A stretch of DNA of 63,701 nucleotides from Candidatus Planktophila sp. (GTDB taxonomy: Bacteria; Actinomycetota; Actinomycetes; Nanopelagicales; Nanopelagicaceae). The stretch covers positions 1 to 63,701 of the forward strand of contig CAXNEB010000001.1 of the NCBI GenBank assembly GCA_964201645.1. Reading direction: 5' to 3'. The notes beneath the pieces are model-generated. The model had not been told where the DNA came from and made no database searches. It worked only from the letters and a program-made list of their open reading frames with translations. Below are positions 30,367-40,824 of the stretch, piece by piece. A program made the position numbers and the translations under genes. How positions within the stretch are numbered: position 1 is the first letter of the stretch; each line of letters begins with the position of its first letter.

Positions 30367-33300
30367 ATGGCGACTACAAAAATAACTGATCCATTTCACG
30401 TCACAGCTGTAATTGTTTCTCACGACGGTGCACTTTGGTTGCCCGAGGTGGTTGCTGCGTTATCTTCGCAAACTCGCAGGTTAGATCAAATTGTTTCAGT
30501 TGATACTAGTTCGAAAGATAATTCTGCTGCACTTTTAAGAGCTGCAAAGATTCCAGTTCTCACATTGCCTCGTGACGCCGGATTTGGTGATGCGGTTTAT
30601 CGCGCCGTAGAAAAATTCCCTAAATCTAATGACGAACGTAATGAATGGATTTGGGTGATCCATGATGATTGTGCACCGAAATCTGATGCCCTCGAGAAGT
30701 TACTCGCTGAAGTCGTAGAACGTCCAAATGTCGCAATGGCTGGTCCAAAGTTATTGGGCTGGCATGATCGCACTCACTTACTTGAAGTTGGCGTGAGCAT
30801 TACAAATAACGGAACTCGCTGGACCGGCATGGAAGATCATGAATATGACCAGGGTCAGCACGATGGCGTTCGCGATGTTCTCTCAGTTAGCACAGCGGGT
30901 GCTCTTATACGCCGAGATGTTTTTGAAGAACTTGGCGGCTATGACCCGCAGTTAGCACTCTTTCGTGATGATGTGGATTTCGGTTGGCGAATCCGAATGG
31001 CCGGTCACTCAATTATTGTCGTTACAGATGCAGTTGCCTTTCATGCTCAAGCAGCAGCTTCGGAACGCAGATCAGTAGATGTGGAAGGTGCGTTCTTGCA
31101 CCGACCATTACTGTTAGACCGGCGAAATTCGGCCTATGTTTTATTGGCAAATTCTTCATTCTGGCTATTGCCGTGGTTGATTCTGCAATTGATCACTGGC
31201 GCAGCAATTAGATCCATCGGTTATTTAATTGCAAAACTGCCGGGTTATGCCAGTGATGAAATATTGGCTATCGCTTCACTAGTTTTTCGGCCAGCAACCC
31301 TCCGCGCTGCACGTAAGGAGCGCCGGATCCATCGCTTGCTACCTCCTCGAGTGATTGCTGATTTCATTCCACCTCGCTTCACGCAATACCGAAATGGCCT
31401 AAATAACTTTCTGGAGTCAATCCGAAACCGAATATTTGCCAAGCTACCAACTGACAACGATATCGATGAAGAATTCAACGAAGACGCCGACCTGTTAACA
31501 CCGATCAAGGTAGTTAATTGGGGGAGTGTATTTAAACGCCCGCAAGTTGTTCTGGGAATCTCGCTTTTTATTTTCATATTGCTATCTTCTAGATCACGTT
31601 TTGGCTCGTTAATTGGAGGTGCTTTAGCAACGACTCCGCACGGAACAAGTGCACTGTGGCGCAGCTATATTGAGTCTTGGCATCAAGTCGGAATGGGAAG
31701 TTCAGCTCCTACGCCTCCGTGGGTAGCCTTACTTTCGCTCTTATCAATTCTCTTTTTCGGCAAGCCTGCAGTTTTGGTTACAACGCTAATCTTTGTTGCA
31801 CCTGCTCTCATGGCAATCTCGGCATATAAGTTCCTCAAACTAGTTACCGCAAATGCATGGCTGCGGGTATCTGCCAGCATGCTTTATGCAATTAGTCCTG
31901 TTTCGATAGCAAGTGTCAATACTGGGCGGCTTGGTACGTTAACCATGTTGATTCTCCTGCCCTGGATTGTGTCCAGTATTTCCTCACTTGATAATTTTGA
32001 AAGAATTTCATGGCGCCGGATATTTGGCGTAGCTCTTTTGATTTCAATTGCCACTTCATTTACGTTAATGGTTTGGCTGGCCGTGTTGGTTGTTACAGTG
32101 GTTGGCGTTGGGCTTGATCTTCGAAGCTTTAATGGCGATCTTGATAAAGAGCTTTTTGATCAGAGGCTAAAGCGCCGATTAGCGCTTTTGATCACGCCTT
32201 TAGTCGTCACTGCACCTTGGTCTTTAGTTGCAATTGTTGATCCAAACCGTTTCCTCTATGAACCCGGAATTCTGTTAAGTGGGGGTGGGCCGAATCTCGC
32301 TTTCTTAGGAAACCCAGGTGGCCCAGGTGCTCTACCTTGGTGGGTAATTAGCCCACTCACATTAGTTCTAATCGTGGCTTACTTCGCCAGTACACAGTTA
32401 CACAAAGTCGCACAAATTGGAATTTTATTCTTACTTCTTTCCGTAGCGTTAAGCGCAATCTCAATTACCGGAAATGGCACGATTGCACCTACTCAGTTAT
32501 GGGTCGGAGTTTTCTTAGCTGTTGCTACATTGGCAGCGGTGACAGTCGGTACCATAATTCTCAATGACTTACGCGATTATTTGATCGCTACAAATATTAA
32601 TTACCGTCATATTTTATCTGCTTGTTTACTACTTATCACTTTGGCATATTCAGTGACTGCTCTGTCCTGGAATGTGTCCCAAGCATCTTCTTCGCCAGTG
32701 GCTACGAAGAACGCAAATGTTCTACCCGAATATCTCGGAGTTGAGTCAGATGCAAAAACCTTGGTTCTTCGCGAAATTACTAATCGAGAAATTACTTCAC
32801 TTGCTTTCTATATCTCTCGTGGGTCCGATATTTCCTTGGGCGAACCAGACGTTGCTCCTATTCAAGACCCAGCGATAGCGAAAGCGGTTATTGAACTAGC
32901 TGACGGAAGTGGTCTGACCACCAGCAAAACTTTTGCAGATTTTGGAATCAAATATTTATTTGCGAAGAATCCGATAGAAAAGGATGTTGTTAGAACTATC
33001 GATGCTCTTGGTGGTTTCGTGCGCACCTCGGCAACCTCAGATGGCATCGTATGGAAAGTTAGTGATCCGACTGGCAGACTAATCTTTACAGATATAAAAG
33101 GTGAAGTGACCTTGCTTGCTAGTGGCGGTATTGGCGTGACAACAAATGCCCCTGGCCCTGGTGTGATAACGCTGACCGAAAACTACGACCTAGGTTGGCA
33201 AATTCTACAAAATGGCTTAAAACTTGAGCGCACCGAGAACGAAGCCGGCTTGCCACAATTCAAGGTAATTGAAGCAGGTGAGTTCACGCTGATCCATGAT

Positions 33301-33417
33301 GGAACATTGCGTCGTGGCGCACTTAGTCTGCAGTTTATTTCGTGGGTAGTTCTAATCATCTTGGCACTACCTGCCGGGCGACGTAAACGTGAGATTTCAG
33401 AAATGGAGCTCTCATGA
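30367..33417 (+). CDS. large GT2 glycosyltransferase with multi-TM C-terminus
   Basis: VIVSHDG, WIWVIHDD, GPKL, DQGQHD, DDVDFGWR; conserved whiB2-GT2-DUF5719-DUF3499 order. Confidence 0.85.
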   Translation: MATTKITDPFHVTAVIVSHDGALWLPEVVAALSSQTRRLDQIVSVDTSSKDNSAALLRAAKIPVLTLPRDAGFGDAVYRAVEKFPKSNDERNEWIWVIHDDCAPKSDALEKLLAEVVERPNVAMAGPKLLGWHDRTHLLEVGVSITNNGTRWTGMEDHEYDQGQHDGVRDVLSVSTAGALIRRDVFEELGGYDPQLALFRDDVDFGWRIRMAGHSIIVVTDAVAFHAQAAASERRSVDVEGAFLHRPLLLDRRNSAYVLLANSSFWLLPWLILQLITGAAIRSIGYLIAKLPGYASDEILAIASLVFRPATLRAARKERRIHRLLPPRVIADFIPPRFTQYRNGLNNFLESIRNRIFAKLPTDNDIDEEFNEDADLLTPIKVVNWGSVFKRPQVVLGISLFIFILLSSRSRFGSLIGGALATTPHGTSALWRSYIESWHQVGMGSSAPTPPWVALLSLLSILFFGKPAVLVTTLIFVAPALMAISAYKFLKLVTANAWLRVSASMLYAISPVSIASVNTGRLGTLTMLILLPWIVSSISSLDNFERISWRRIFGVALLISIATSFTLMVWLAVLVVTVVGVGLDLRSFNGDLDKELFDQRLKRRLALLITPLVVTAPWSLVAIVDPNRFLYEPGILLSGGGPNLAFLGNPGGPGALPWWVISPLTLVLIVAYFASTQLHKVAQIGILFLLLSVALSAISITGNGTIAPTQLWVGVFLAVATLAAVTVGTIILNDLRDYLIATNINYRHILSACLLLITLAYSVTALSWNVSQASSSPVATKNANVLPEYLGVESDAKTLVLREITNREITSLAFYISRGSDISLGEPDVAPIQDPAIAKAVIELADGSGLTTSKTFADFGIKYLFAKNPIEKDVVRTIDALGGFVRTSATSDGIVWKVSDPTGRLIFTDIKGEVTLLASGGIGVTTNAPGPGVITLTENYDLGWQILQNGLKLERTENEAGLPQFKVIEAGEFTLIHDGTLRRGALSLQFISWVVLIILALPAGRRKREISEMELS

Positions 33418-34715
33418 AGTTTAAGAAAGGCGCAATTCTAGCTTCCATCATCGCCGCTCTTTTATTGGCTACCAATTTGTTTGATGCAAATACTAACTCG
33501 CGACAATATTCGAAGTCTTTCCCAGCTGTGGTTTGTCCGCCAAATCCAGCAGGTGTTACAACTGTCACCTCGGTTTCTTCAAAAAAGACACCGTTTTACC
33601 GAGTTGGAAATAAGAGTACAAAATTAGTAGATATCAAGACGTTACGTTATTCAAGCGTTAGTGATCCAATTTTGCTGCAAACTGATGGTCAAACCCCAGT
33701 TAGTTTTCAGAGTCGCACTGGTATTTGGGCTGGTTCAGTTCTATGCACCGCTCCTGCTACTTCGCAATGGTTTGTCGGTGGAACTTCAGATGTCAGCAGC
33801 AAGGGCGTTATTTATATTGTAAATAGTGGTTTGAGTGTTTCGATTGTAGATATTTTTACCTGGAGTGAAAATGGTGAACAAGCCATTAAAACTCTTTCGC
33901 TAAAGGCAGATTCAAGTGTGGCGGTAAAGCTAGATTCATTAGCACCTGGGGACTCAACCATCGTAGTTGAAGTAGTTGCTAGATCTGGCCGAGTTAATAG
34001 CTTTTTAGTTGATGAACGGGCCAATGGTTTGAAGAAGTTGGGTGGCGATTCGGTCAATGCAATTTCGACCCCAGCTAGAAAATTTGTAATTACCGGAATC
34101 CCACAGCAGTTAGTTAATAACAAAGTGCCCAATCATTATCTGCGTTTATTTGTGCCAGGGGTGGCAGATGCAAATTTCACTCTTGAGCTTCTCTCGAGCA
34201 ATGGTCGATTTATTCCAATTGGTTTCAATGAACGAAAACTAGTCAGTGGCAAAGTTGTGGAATTGAAGCTAACGCCGGAGGTAGCTAGAGGGGCCTTCGC
34301 TATCAAGTTAACGTCAGATCAGCCACTAGTCGCGGCAATTCGTTCTCGGTCCACTTCAAATGGCAACAGTGACTTTGTGTGGATCACACCTTCTGCAGCT
34401 TTAGCACCTTTGCAGATTGCAATAGGTGGCATTTCGCCAAAAATCATTTTCGCCGGTGACGCCATAGCGGTCGATTTGAGAATTACGTTTTCAAACGGCA
34501 AAGTTAAGGAACAAAGCATTACTGGCTCTGATCTAGTTAGTTGGCAAGTCCCAAATAATGCGATCGCAATCACTGTCCTAAGTGCCGGCATTGATAATTA
34601 CGCCGGTGCTCTAATAGCGGCTAAGAGCGGGTATGCCTTCTTCCCAATTGCTTCAGGTGCCGAACTTACAAAAGTGGCAATACCATCCTCAAACATTCGG
34701 GTTCTAAATCCATAA
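33414..34715 (+). CDS. secreted DUF5719-like protein
   Basis: signal/TM segment, VCP, C..P...WFVGG; syntenic position. Confidence 0.65.
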   Translation: MKFKKGAILASIIAALLLATNLFDANTNSRQYSKSFPAVVCPPNPAGVTTVTSVSSKKTPFYRVGNKSTKLVDIKTLRYSSVSDPILLQTDGQTPVSFQSRTGIWAGSVLCTAPATSQWFVGGTSDVSSKGVIYIVNSGLSVSIVDIFTWSENGEQAIKTLSLKADSSVAVKLDSLAPGDSTIVVEVVARSGRVNSFLVDERANGLKKLGGDSVNAISTPARKFVITGIPQQLVNNKVPNHYLRLFVPGVADANFTLELLSSNGRFIPIGFNERKLVSGKVVELKLTPEVARGAFAIKLTSDQPLVAAIRSRSTSNGNSDFVWITPSAALAPLQIAIGGISPKIIFAGDAIAVDLRITFSNGKVKEQSITGSDLVSWQVPNNAIAITVLSAGIDNYAGALIAAKSGYAFFPIASGAELTKVAIPSSNIRVLNP

Positions 34716-34756
34716 AAATCCCAAGTTTTACGCGGCTGCCCACTAATCTGAGACAT

Positions 34757-35134
34757 ATGAGTTCGCTAAAAGTAGGTCGTGCGTGTTCTCGCGCCAGTTG
34801 CCGTCGTATGGCAACGATGACGTTGACTTACATTTATGCTGAATCAACAGCTGTGGTTGGGCCATTGGCAACTTATTCCGAACCGCATGCCTATGATCTC
34901 TGTGAGATACATGCAGAACGATTAACTGTTCCTAATGGCTGGGAAGTTATTCGCGCCCAGATTTCTGATAACCAAAGTGGGCCGTCTAACGATGATCTGA
35001 TGGCAATTGCAGATGCAGTTCGTGAAGTCGCATCTACGCCGATTGCTGAAAATACCTCAACAGCTGCAACTCTTGCAGCGAGCACCGAACACATCGGTCG
35101 ACGAGGTCATCTTCGAGCCGTTCCAAATAAGTAA
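34757..35134 (+). CDS. DUF3499 family protein
   Basis: CSR..C, TLTY.YA.STAVVGPL, EPHAYDLC..HA, RRGHLRAV. Confidence 0.9.
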   Translation: MSSLKVGRACSRASCRRMATMTLTYIYAESTAVVGPLATYSEPHAYDLCEIHAERLTVPNGWEVIRAQISDNQSGPSNDDLMAIADAVREVASTPIAENTSTAATLAASTEHIGRRGHLRAVPNK

Positions 35135-35149
35135 TCGAACGAGTCAGTT

Positions 35150-36511
35150 ATGAGTGAAGAATTTCCAGATATTTTTAAAGCATATGACATTCGCGGTTTA
35201 GTAGATGATGAACTTTTACCTGATTTTGCTTTTGCAGTCGGTCTAGCATTCGCTAGATTTCTTGAACTAGAGCGTGAACCAAGTACGGTCATTATTGGCG
35301 AAGATATGCGCCCCTCCTCGCCAGAGTTAGCCGAAGCATTTTCAGCTGGCGTCACTAGCAACGGTACAAATGTGATTCGAATTGGCTTGGCATCAACTGA
35401 CATGCTTTATTTCGCAGCCGGGTCAAAAAACTTACCAGGCGCGATGTTTACGGCAAGCCATAATCCTGCGGCTTATAACGGCATCAAGTTATGTCTAAGT
35501 GGTGCTCGCCCGATCGGCAAAGAAACTGGTTTGCAAACTATTGAAAAATTTGTACGAAATGGTATGCCAATGGCAATGAGACCAGTTGGTAATGAAACCA
35601 ACGAAGACTTACTTCAAGCATATGCCGATCATCTACATAAGTTAGTTTCGTTTAAAGGTAACCGTCCATTGAAGATAGTTATTGATGCGGGTAATGGCAT
35701 GGCCGGATTCACTGCTCCAGCAATATTTGAACGGCTAGGCGCTGAGATTATTCCGCTCTATTTTGAACTAGATGGAAACTTTCCCAACCATGAAGCAAAC
35801 CCAATTGATTCCGCCAATTTACGAGACTTACAGAAATCGGTACTAGAAAATAGCGCAGATATTGGGTTGGCTTTTGATGGCGATGCTGATCGATGTTTCT
35901 TAGTTGACGAGAAGGGCGAAACTGTTGATCCTTCATTGCTCACCTCGCTTATCGCTAGTCGTGAACTAGCTAAGCATCCAGGAGCAACGATTATTCATAG
36001 TTTGATTTCTTCTCGAACCGTAGTCGAAGTAATTAATGAACTGGGTGGAATACCAGTTAGATCACGGGTAGGGCACTCATACATTAAGGCGCTAATGGCA
36101 GAGACTGGTGCGATTTTTGGTGGCGAGCATTCGGGCCACTTCTACTTTAAAGATTTTTGGCGTGCAGATTCTGGGGCGTTAGCTGCGCTGCATGCTTTGG
36201 CAGCACTTGGCGAATCTCAGCAAACCATTTCACAACTTCTTGCACCATTTAAAAGATACGTCGCTAGCGGTGAAGTTAATTCACGTGTTGCAAACACTGA
36301 TGCTGTTATCAAATCCATTAAGGAAAAATATGCCGCGTTACCTGAATTTAAGATTGATGAGCTAGATGGCTTAACCGCATCTACATCGACTTGGTGGTTT
36401 AACGTGCGCGCCTCAAATACCGAACCTCTACTTCGTCTAAATGTAGAAGCCGATACAGCGGCAAATATGGCGTCCCATCGTGATGAGCTATTGGCCCTAA
36501 TTAACGCTTAA
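35150..36511 (+). CDS. manB: phosphomannomutase/phosphoglucomutase
   Basis: FKAYDIRG, TASHNP, FDGDADR, GEHSGH, RASNTEP. Confidence 0.93.
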   Translation: MSEEFPDIFKAYDIRGLVDDELLPDFAFAVGLAFARFLELEREPSTVIIGEDMRPSSPELAEAFSAGVTSNGTNVIRIGLASTDMLYFAAGSKNLPGAMFTASHNPAAYNGIKLCLSGARPIGKETGLQTIEKFVRNGMPMAMRPVGNETNEDLLQAYADHLHKLVSFKGNRPLKIVIDAGNGMAGFTAPAIFERLGAEIIPLYFELDGNFPNHEANPIDSANLRDLQKSVLENSADIGLAFDGDADRCFLVDEKGETVDPSLLTSLIASRELAKHPGATIIHSLISSRTVVEVINELGGIPVRSRVGHSYIKALMAETGAIFGGEHSGHFYFKDFWRADSGALAALHALAALGESQQTISQLLAPFKRYVASGEVNSRVANTDAVIKSIKEKYAALPEFKIDELDGLTASTSTWWFNVRASNTEPLLRLNVEADTAANMASHRDELLALINA

Positions 36512-36534
36512 CTGCTGGGTCTAAGTAGAACTCA

Positions 36535-36610
36535 GCAGGGCATTACAGATACTCTTGCCTTCTGGCGGGGTCCTGCCTAATTGACCATAACCTCATCTGA
36601 AATTTAGGAG
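36535..36610 (+). promoter_or_regulatory. candidate structured 5' leader (pseudoknot) of ahcY
   Basis: hand-folded P1 36535-41/36570-76, P2 36554-59/36564-69, pseudoknot 36542-50/36595-603, then SD AGGAG 36606-10. Confidence 0.4.
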
Positions 36611-36617
36611 TTTTACC

Positions 36618-37904
36618 GTGAACGCACCTGTAACAAAGACCGTACCTCGCAATGATATTGCTGACGCTTCGCTGGCCGAACAAGGTCGCAAGCGAATTGA
36701 ATGGGCAGAACGCAATATGCCGGTTCTGGCTCAAATCCGCGAACGATTCGAAAAGTCTCAGCCATTTGCTGGCATTCGTATTGCTGCCTGCATGCACGTG
36801 ACTACTGAAACTGCCAACTTGATGCGTGTTCTAAAAGCAGGAGGAGCAGACATTGCCCTTTGTGCCTCAAATCCACTTTCAACTCAAGATGACACAGCTG
36901 CAGCCCTAGTGCACGAATATGGCATAAGTGTTTTCGCAAAGAATGCTGTCGATCGCGCTGGTTACTACGCACACTTAAATGCAGCTCTTGACATCGAACC
37001 GCACCAAGTTTTCGATGATGGCTGCGATTTGGTAAATGTTCTACACACAACTCGTCAAGAATTAATTCCAAATGTTGCTGGCGGTTGTGAAGAAACAACC
37101 ACAGGCGTTATTCGTTTAACTCAAATGGCTAAAGATGGCGCTTTAAAGTTCCCAATGATCGCCGTTAATGACACCGATACAAAGCACATGTTCGATAATC
37201 GTTACGGCACTGGGCAGTCAACGCTAGATGCAGTTTTCCGCGCAACTAACTATTTGCTCGCAGGGCGCATCGTTGTTGTAGCCGGATTCGGGTATTGCGG
37301 AAAAGGTGTAGCAGAGCGTGCCAAGGGTATGGGCTCAGATGTGATCGTTACTGAAATTGATCCAACTAAAGCACTTGATGCCATGATGCAAGGATTCCGC
37401 GTTATGCCAATGACTGATGCTGCAAAGATTGGCGATGTATTCATTACCGTTACGGGTAACCGCGATGTTCTTCGCGATGAGCACTTCGCAGTTATGAAAG
37501 ATGGCGCAATCATGGCTAACTCAGGTCACTTCGATATTGAAATCGATGTTGCTTGGCTAGAAAAAAACGCCAAGAGCAAGAATGCCAAAATGCGTCATCA
37601 AACCGATGAATATGTAATGGCCGATGGCCGTCGCTTGCTGTTAATCGCCGAAGGTCGCTTGGTAAACCTAGGCGCAGCCGAAGGTCACCCAGCTTCAGTT
37701 ATGGATATGTCATTCTCAGATCAGGCGCTAACTGCTGAATATCTAGTTAAAGAGGCTAAGAATTTGGCAGCCGGAATTCATGAAGTTCCTACCTATATAG
37801 ACAAAGAAGTTGCCAGCCTTAAACTAAGCAGCATGGGTGGCAAGATCGATGTTCTTACACCAGCACAAGACCTGTATTTGAATTCTTGGGAACACGGAAG
37901 CTAA
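36618..37904 (+). CDS. ahcY: S-adenosylhomocysteine hydrolase (short form)
   Basis: [57 protein letters not shown]. Confidence 0.96.
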   Translation: MNAPVTKTVPRNDIADASLAEQGRKRIEWAERNMPVLAQIRERFEKSQPFAGIRIAACMHVTTETANLMRVLKAGGADIALCASNPLSTQDDTAAALVHEYGISVFAKNAVDRAGYYAHLNAALDIEPHQVFDDGCDLVNVLHTTRQELIPNVAGGCEETTTGVIRLTQMAKDGALKFPMIAVNDTDTKHMFDNRYGTGQSTLDAVFRATNYLLAGRIVVVAGFGYCGKGVAERAKGMGSDVIVTEIDPTKALDAMMQGFRVMPMTDAAKIGDVFITVTGNRDVLRDEHFAVMKDGAIMANSGHFDIEIDVAWLEKNAKSKNAKMRHQTDEYVMADGRRLLLIAEGRLVNLGAAEGHPASVMDMSFSDQALTAEYLVKEAKNLAAGIHEVPTYIDKEVASLKLSSMGGKIDVLTPAQDLYLNSWEHGS

Positions 37905-38582
37905 ATGACTTTAGTCATGGTCGTCGATGACGACCAGGATCTTGCGGAGATGCTCGGCATCGTTTTAACCGGTGCCGGCATCGACGTGGATCTAGTAAGT
38001 CGCGGTGATGAAGTTATTGATGTTTTCCGTAATAACCCACCAGATTTAGTTTTGCTTGATGTTATGTTGCCAGGATTAGATGGCATTGAAGTATGTAAAT
38101 TGATCAGGGCCGAATCAATGGTTCCGATTGTGATGCTCTCGGCCAAAGGCGATACACACGATGTAGTTCGTGGCCTTGAAGCTGGCGCAGATGACTACAT
38201 GGTTAAACCATTTAGACATCCATCTGAATTGATTGCACGAATTCGAACTCGATTGCGTCGCACAAACACCGATATCTCTGGGCTGCTAACGATTGCCGAT
38301 TTAGTTATAGATGTGGTTGCACATCAAGTCTCACGAGCCGGAAAACAGATCGCGCTTACTCGCCTAGAGTTTGACCTGCTAGTTGCGCTAGCCCGCGAAC
38401 CTGGCCGAGTCTTTTCGCGCGACGCTTTGTTAAGTGAAGTGTGGGGCTATCGTCATTCAACTGATACCCGCCTTGTTAACGTTCACGTTCAACGTCTTCG
38501 TGCCAAAGTTGAACATGATCCAGAACACCCCGAAATTGTCGTAACCGTGCGAGGTGTTGGTTACAAAGCCGGCGGTCAGTAA
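37905..38582 (+). CDS. mtrA: two-component response regulator MtrA
   Basis: VVDDD, LLDVMLPG, DTRLVNVHVQRLRAKVE.DPE.PEIV.TVRGVGYKAG. Confidence 0.93.
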   Translation: MTLVMVVDDDQDLAEMLGIVLTGAGIDVDLVSRGDEVIDVFRNNPPDLVLLDVMLPGLDGIEVCKLIRAESMVPIVMLSAKGDTHDVVRGLEAGADDYMVKPFRHPSELIARIRTRLRRTNTDISGLLTIADLVIDVVAHQVSRAGKQIALTRLEFDLLVALAREPGRVFSRDALLSEVWGYRHSTDTRLVNVHVQRLRAKVEHDPEHPEIVVTVRGVGYKAGGQ

Positions 38583-40121
38583 ATGCGATTAGGCAGTGCT
38601 CCTAGAGCGCACTCTTTAGCTCTTCGGGTTGTACTTTCAACTATCTTTCTTTCACTAGTCGTAATCTCAATTACCGGTTCAACGCTCTACTCCAGGCTTT
38701 CAACTGGTATCAAGCAAGTAAATGTAGATACGGCAGTTATTGAAGCTCGTTCCACCATCTTTAGCGCTCAATATCGCTTAGCTATTGCTTCCGGAGATCC
38801 AACCGACTCAGTTCGCAGCATTTTTAGTTCGGTGATTACATCTGCCACGACAGTTGGATCAAATGAGAGCGGTCGAGAAGTAGTAATTCTGAAGGTACCC
38901 GGAACTACAATTGGCAGAGATAACTATGAGATTAGTTCAAATCTAGTTTCAAATACTTCGATCCCCGAATATTTACGCAATAAAGTTCGAAATTCCGAGA
39001 ACTTAGAATCTGCTTACGTGCGAATCAAATATGCCGGCGCTAATTCAGTGAGCGGTTATGCGGTAGGGCAACGAATAAGTATCCCGAATGATGGCGATTA
39101 CGAGATGTATGTTCTTTTCAGCTTGGCAGATCAAGCTGCAACATTGGCGCTAATTAGTAATTCGCTTTATTTAACGGGCTTAGCTCTAATTATTCTCATT
39201 GCGCTTATTATTTGGATTGTAGTTAGACAAGTTGTGAAACCCGTTCGTGATGCAGTTCGGGTATCACAGCAGTTTACTGATGGCGACTTCAGCCAGCGCA
39301 TGCAAGTAAAGAGCAATGATGAAATTGCCAGCCTAGGAAATGCTTTCAATGCGATGGCTGAATCACTTGAGAAACAGATTGCCCGACTGGAGAATTTATC
39401 CCGAGTACAGCAGCGATTCGTGTCAGATGTTTCACATGAGTTACGCACACCGCTAACAACTCTGCGGATGGCATCTGAAGTTATTCATAATGCCCGCGAA
39501 GGATTTGATCCAGTAATTGCTCGTAGCTCTGAACTACTAATCGGACAGATTGATCGTTTTGAACGTTTACTAGAAGACTTGCTTGAGATTAGTCGATTTG
39601 ATGCCGAAGTGGCCGTTCTGGAAGCAGTTGAATTCGATATCTGTGGCTCTCTCGAACGTTGTATTTCAGATCTTTCGCTAGTCGCTAAAGAAAATGGCAT
39701 CGAAATAAATCTAAATCGCCCACGTGATTCAGTATTCATTAATGGTGATATTCGCCGAGTAGAACGTGTAATTAGAAATCTATTGAGTAACGCAATTGAT
39801 CACGCTGAAGGCAAGTCGGTTGAGGTGCGCTTGATGGCCTCGCCTGAAGACGTTGCTATTGGGGTTCGTGATTACGGAGTCGGTATTGAGCCAAGGCTAC
39901 TCAATCGAGTATTTGATCGATTCTGGCGAGCAGATCCTTCTCGCGCCCGAACTCGAGGCGGAACAGGCTTGGGATTATCAATTGCCCTTGAAGATGCGCG
40001 TCTGCACAATGGTGAACTCGAAGCCTGGGGTGAACTCGGCAAAGGGGCACACTTTGTTCTCTATCTACCTAGACGTGCAGGCGATCAGCTGAACTCAAGA
40101 TTAATTTCATTAAAGGGTTAA
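38583..40121 (+). CDS. mtrB: sensor histidine kinase MtrB
   Basis: 2 TMs, HAMP, QQRFVSDVSHELRTPLTT, RFWRADPSRART.GGTGLGL. Confidence 0.92.
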   Translation: MRLGSAPRAHSLALRVVLSTIFLSLVVISITGSTLYSRLSTGIKQVNVDTAVIEARSTIFSAQYRLAIASGDPTDSVRSIFSSVITSATTVGSNESGREVVILKVPGTTIGRDNYEISSNLVSNTSIPEYLRNKVRNSENLESAYVRIKYAGANSVSGYAVGQRISIPNDGDYEMYVLFSLADQAATLALISNSLYLTGLALIILIALIIWIVVRQVVKPVRDAVRVSQQFTDGDFSQRMQVKSNDEIASLGNAFNAMAESLEKQIARLENLSRVQQRFVSDVSHELRTPLTTLRMASEVIHNAREGFDPVIARSSELLIGQIDRFERLLEDLLEISRFDAEVAVLEAVEFDICGSLERCISDLSLVAKENGIEINLNRPRDSVFINGDIRRVERVIRNLLSNAIDHAEGKSVEVRLMASPEDVAIGVRDYGVGIEPRLLNRVFDRFWRADPSRARTRGGTGLGLSIALEDARLHNGELEAWGELGKGAHFVLYLPRRAGDQLNSRLISLKG

Positions 40122-40176
40122 CCACACCTAATATCGGGTAACGCAAACTCTAGCCAGCCAAGTTTAATCTTCGCCA

Positions 40177-40824
40177 ATGCGGATTTTCTCAGATTTAAAG
40201 TATCTTCTTTTTCCGACTAGATGTTTTGGTTGTCGCGAACTTGGCTATTCAATCTGCTCGCAATGTCGTCAGCAATGGAATCCGCATCTCTACCAGAGTC
40301 GTATCAATAACTTAGCTGTCTACTCTGCGATTCCATATTCACCGATTGCAAAAAATATATTGTTAGCCGCAAAAGAACAAGGTGTTAAATCCGCAGATCA
40401 ATTGGTTCGCAATGCGATAAAAGTTTCTATCCACGAGCTATTTAAAAGATATCCCAATTGCGCTCTGGTGCCGATTCCATCTAGCGCCGCCTCTAACCGG
40501 CGCCGTGGGAGGGACTTTATAAATGAAATGGCAATTACAGTTGCCAAGGATTTCGGCGTCGCAGTTTTACCCTTACTAGAGCATCAAAGAAATATCCGGG
40601 ATCAAAGTAAATTGAATATTTCTAACCGTCGCCAGAATTTGGCCATGGCGCTCTCAATAAAACCTCAGTTCCGAGGGATTTATTCGGGTGAGAATGTGGT
40701 TATTTTGGATGATCTAGTCACAACCGGAGCCACTATTGGTGAGGCAAACCGTGCCTTAACCAGGGGCGGATTTAAGGTGCAGGCGGCCGCTACGGCTTGC
40801 GTGGCGCTACGCAGGCGTGACTAA
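40177..40824 (+). CDS. comF: ComF family phosphoribosyltransferase-domain protein
   Basis: N-terminal CxxC..CxxC, RRRG, VVILDDLVTTGAT. Confidence 0.85.
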   Translation: MRIFSDLKYLLFPTRCFGCRELGYSICSQCRQQWNPHLYQSRINNLAVYSAIPYSPIAKNILLAAKEQGVKSADQLVRNAIKVSIHELFKRYPNCALVPIPSSAASNRRRGRDFINEMAITVAKDFGVAVLPLLEHQRNIRDQSKLNISNRRQNLAMALSIKPQFRGIYSGENVVILDDLVTTGATIGEANRALTRGGFKVQAAATACVALRRRD

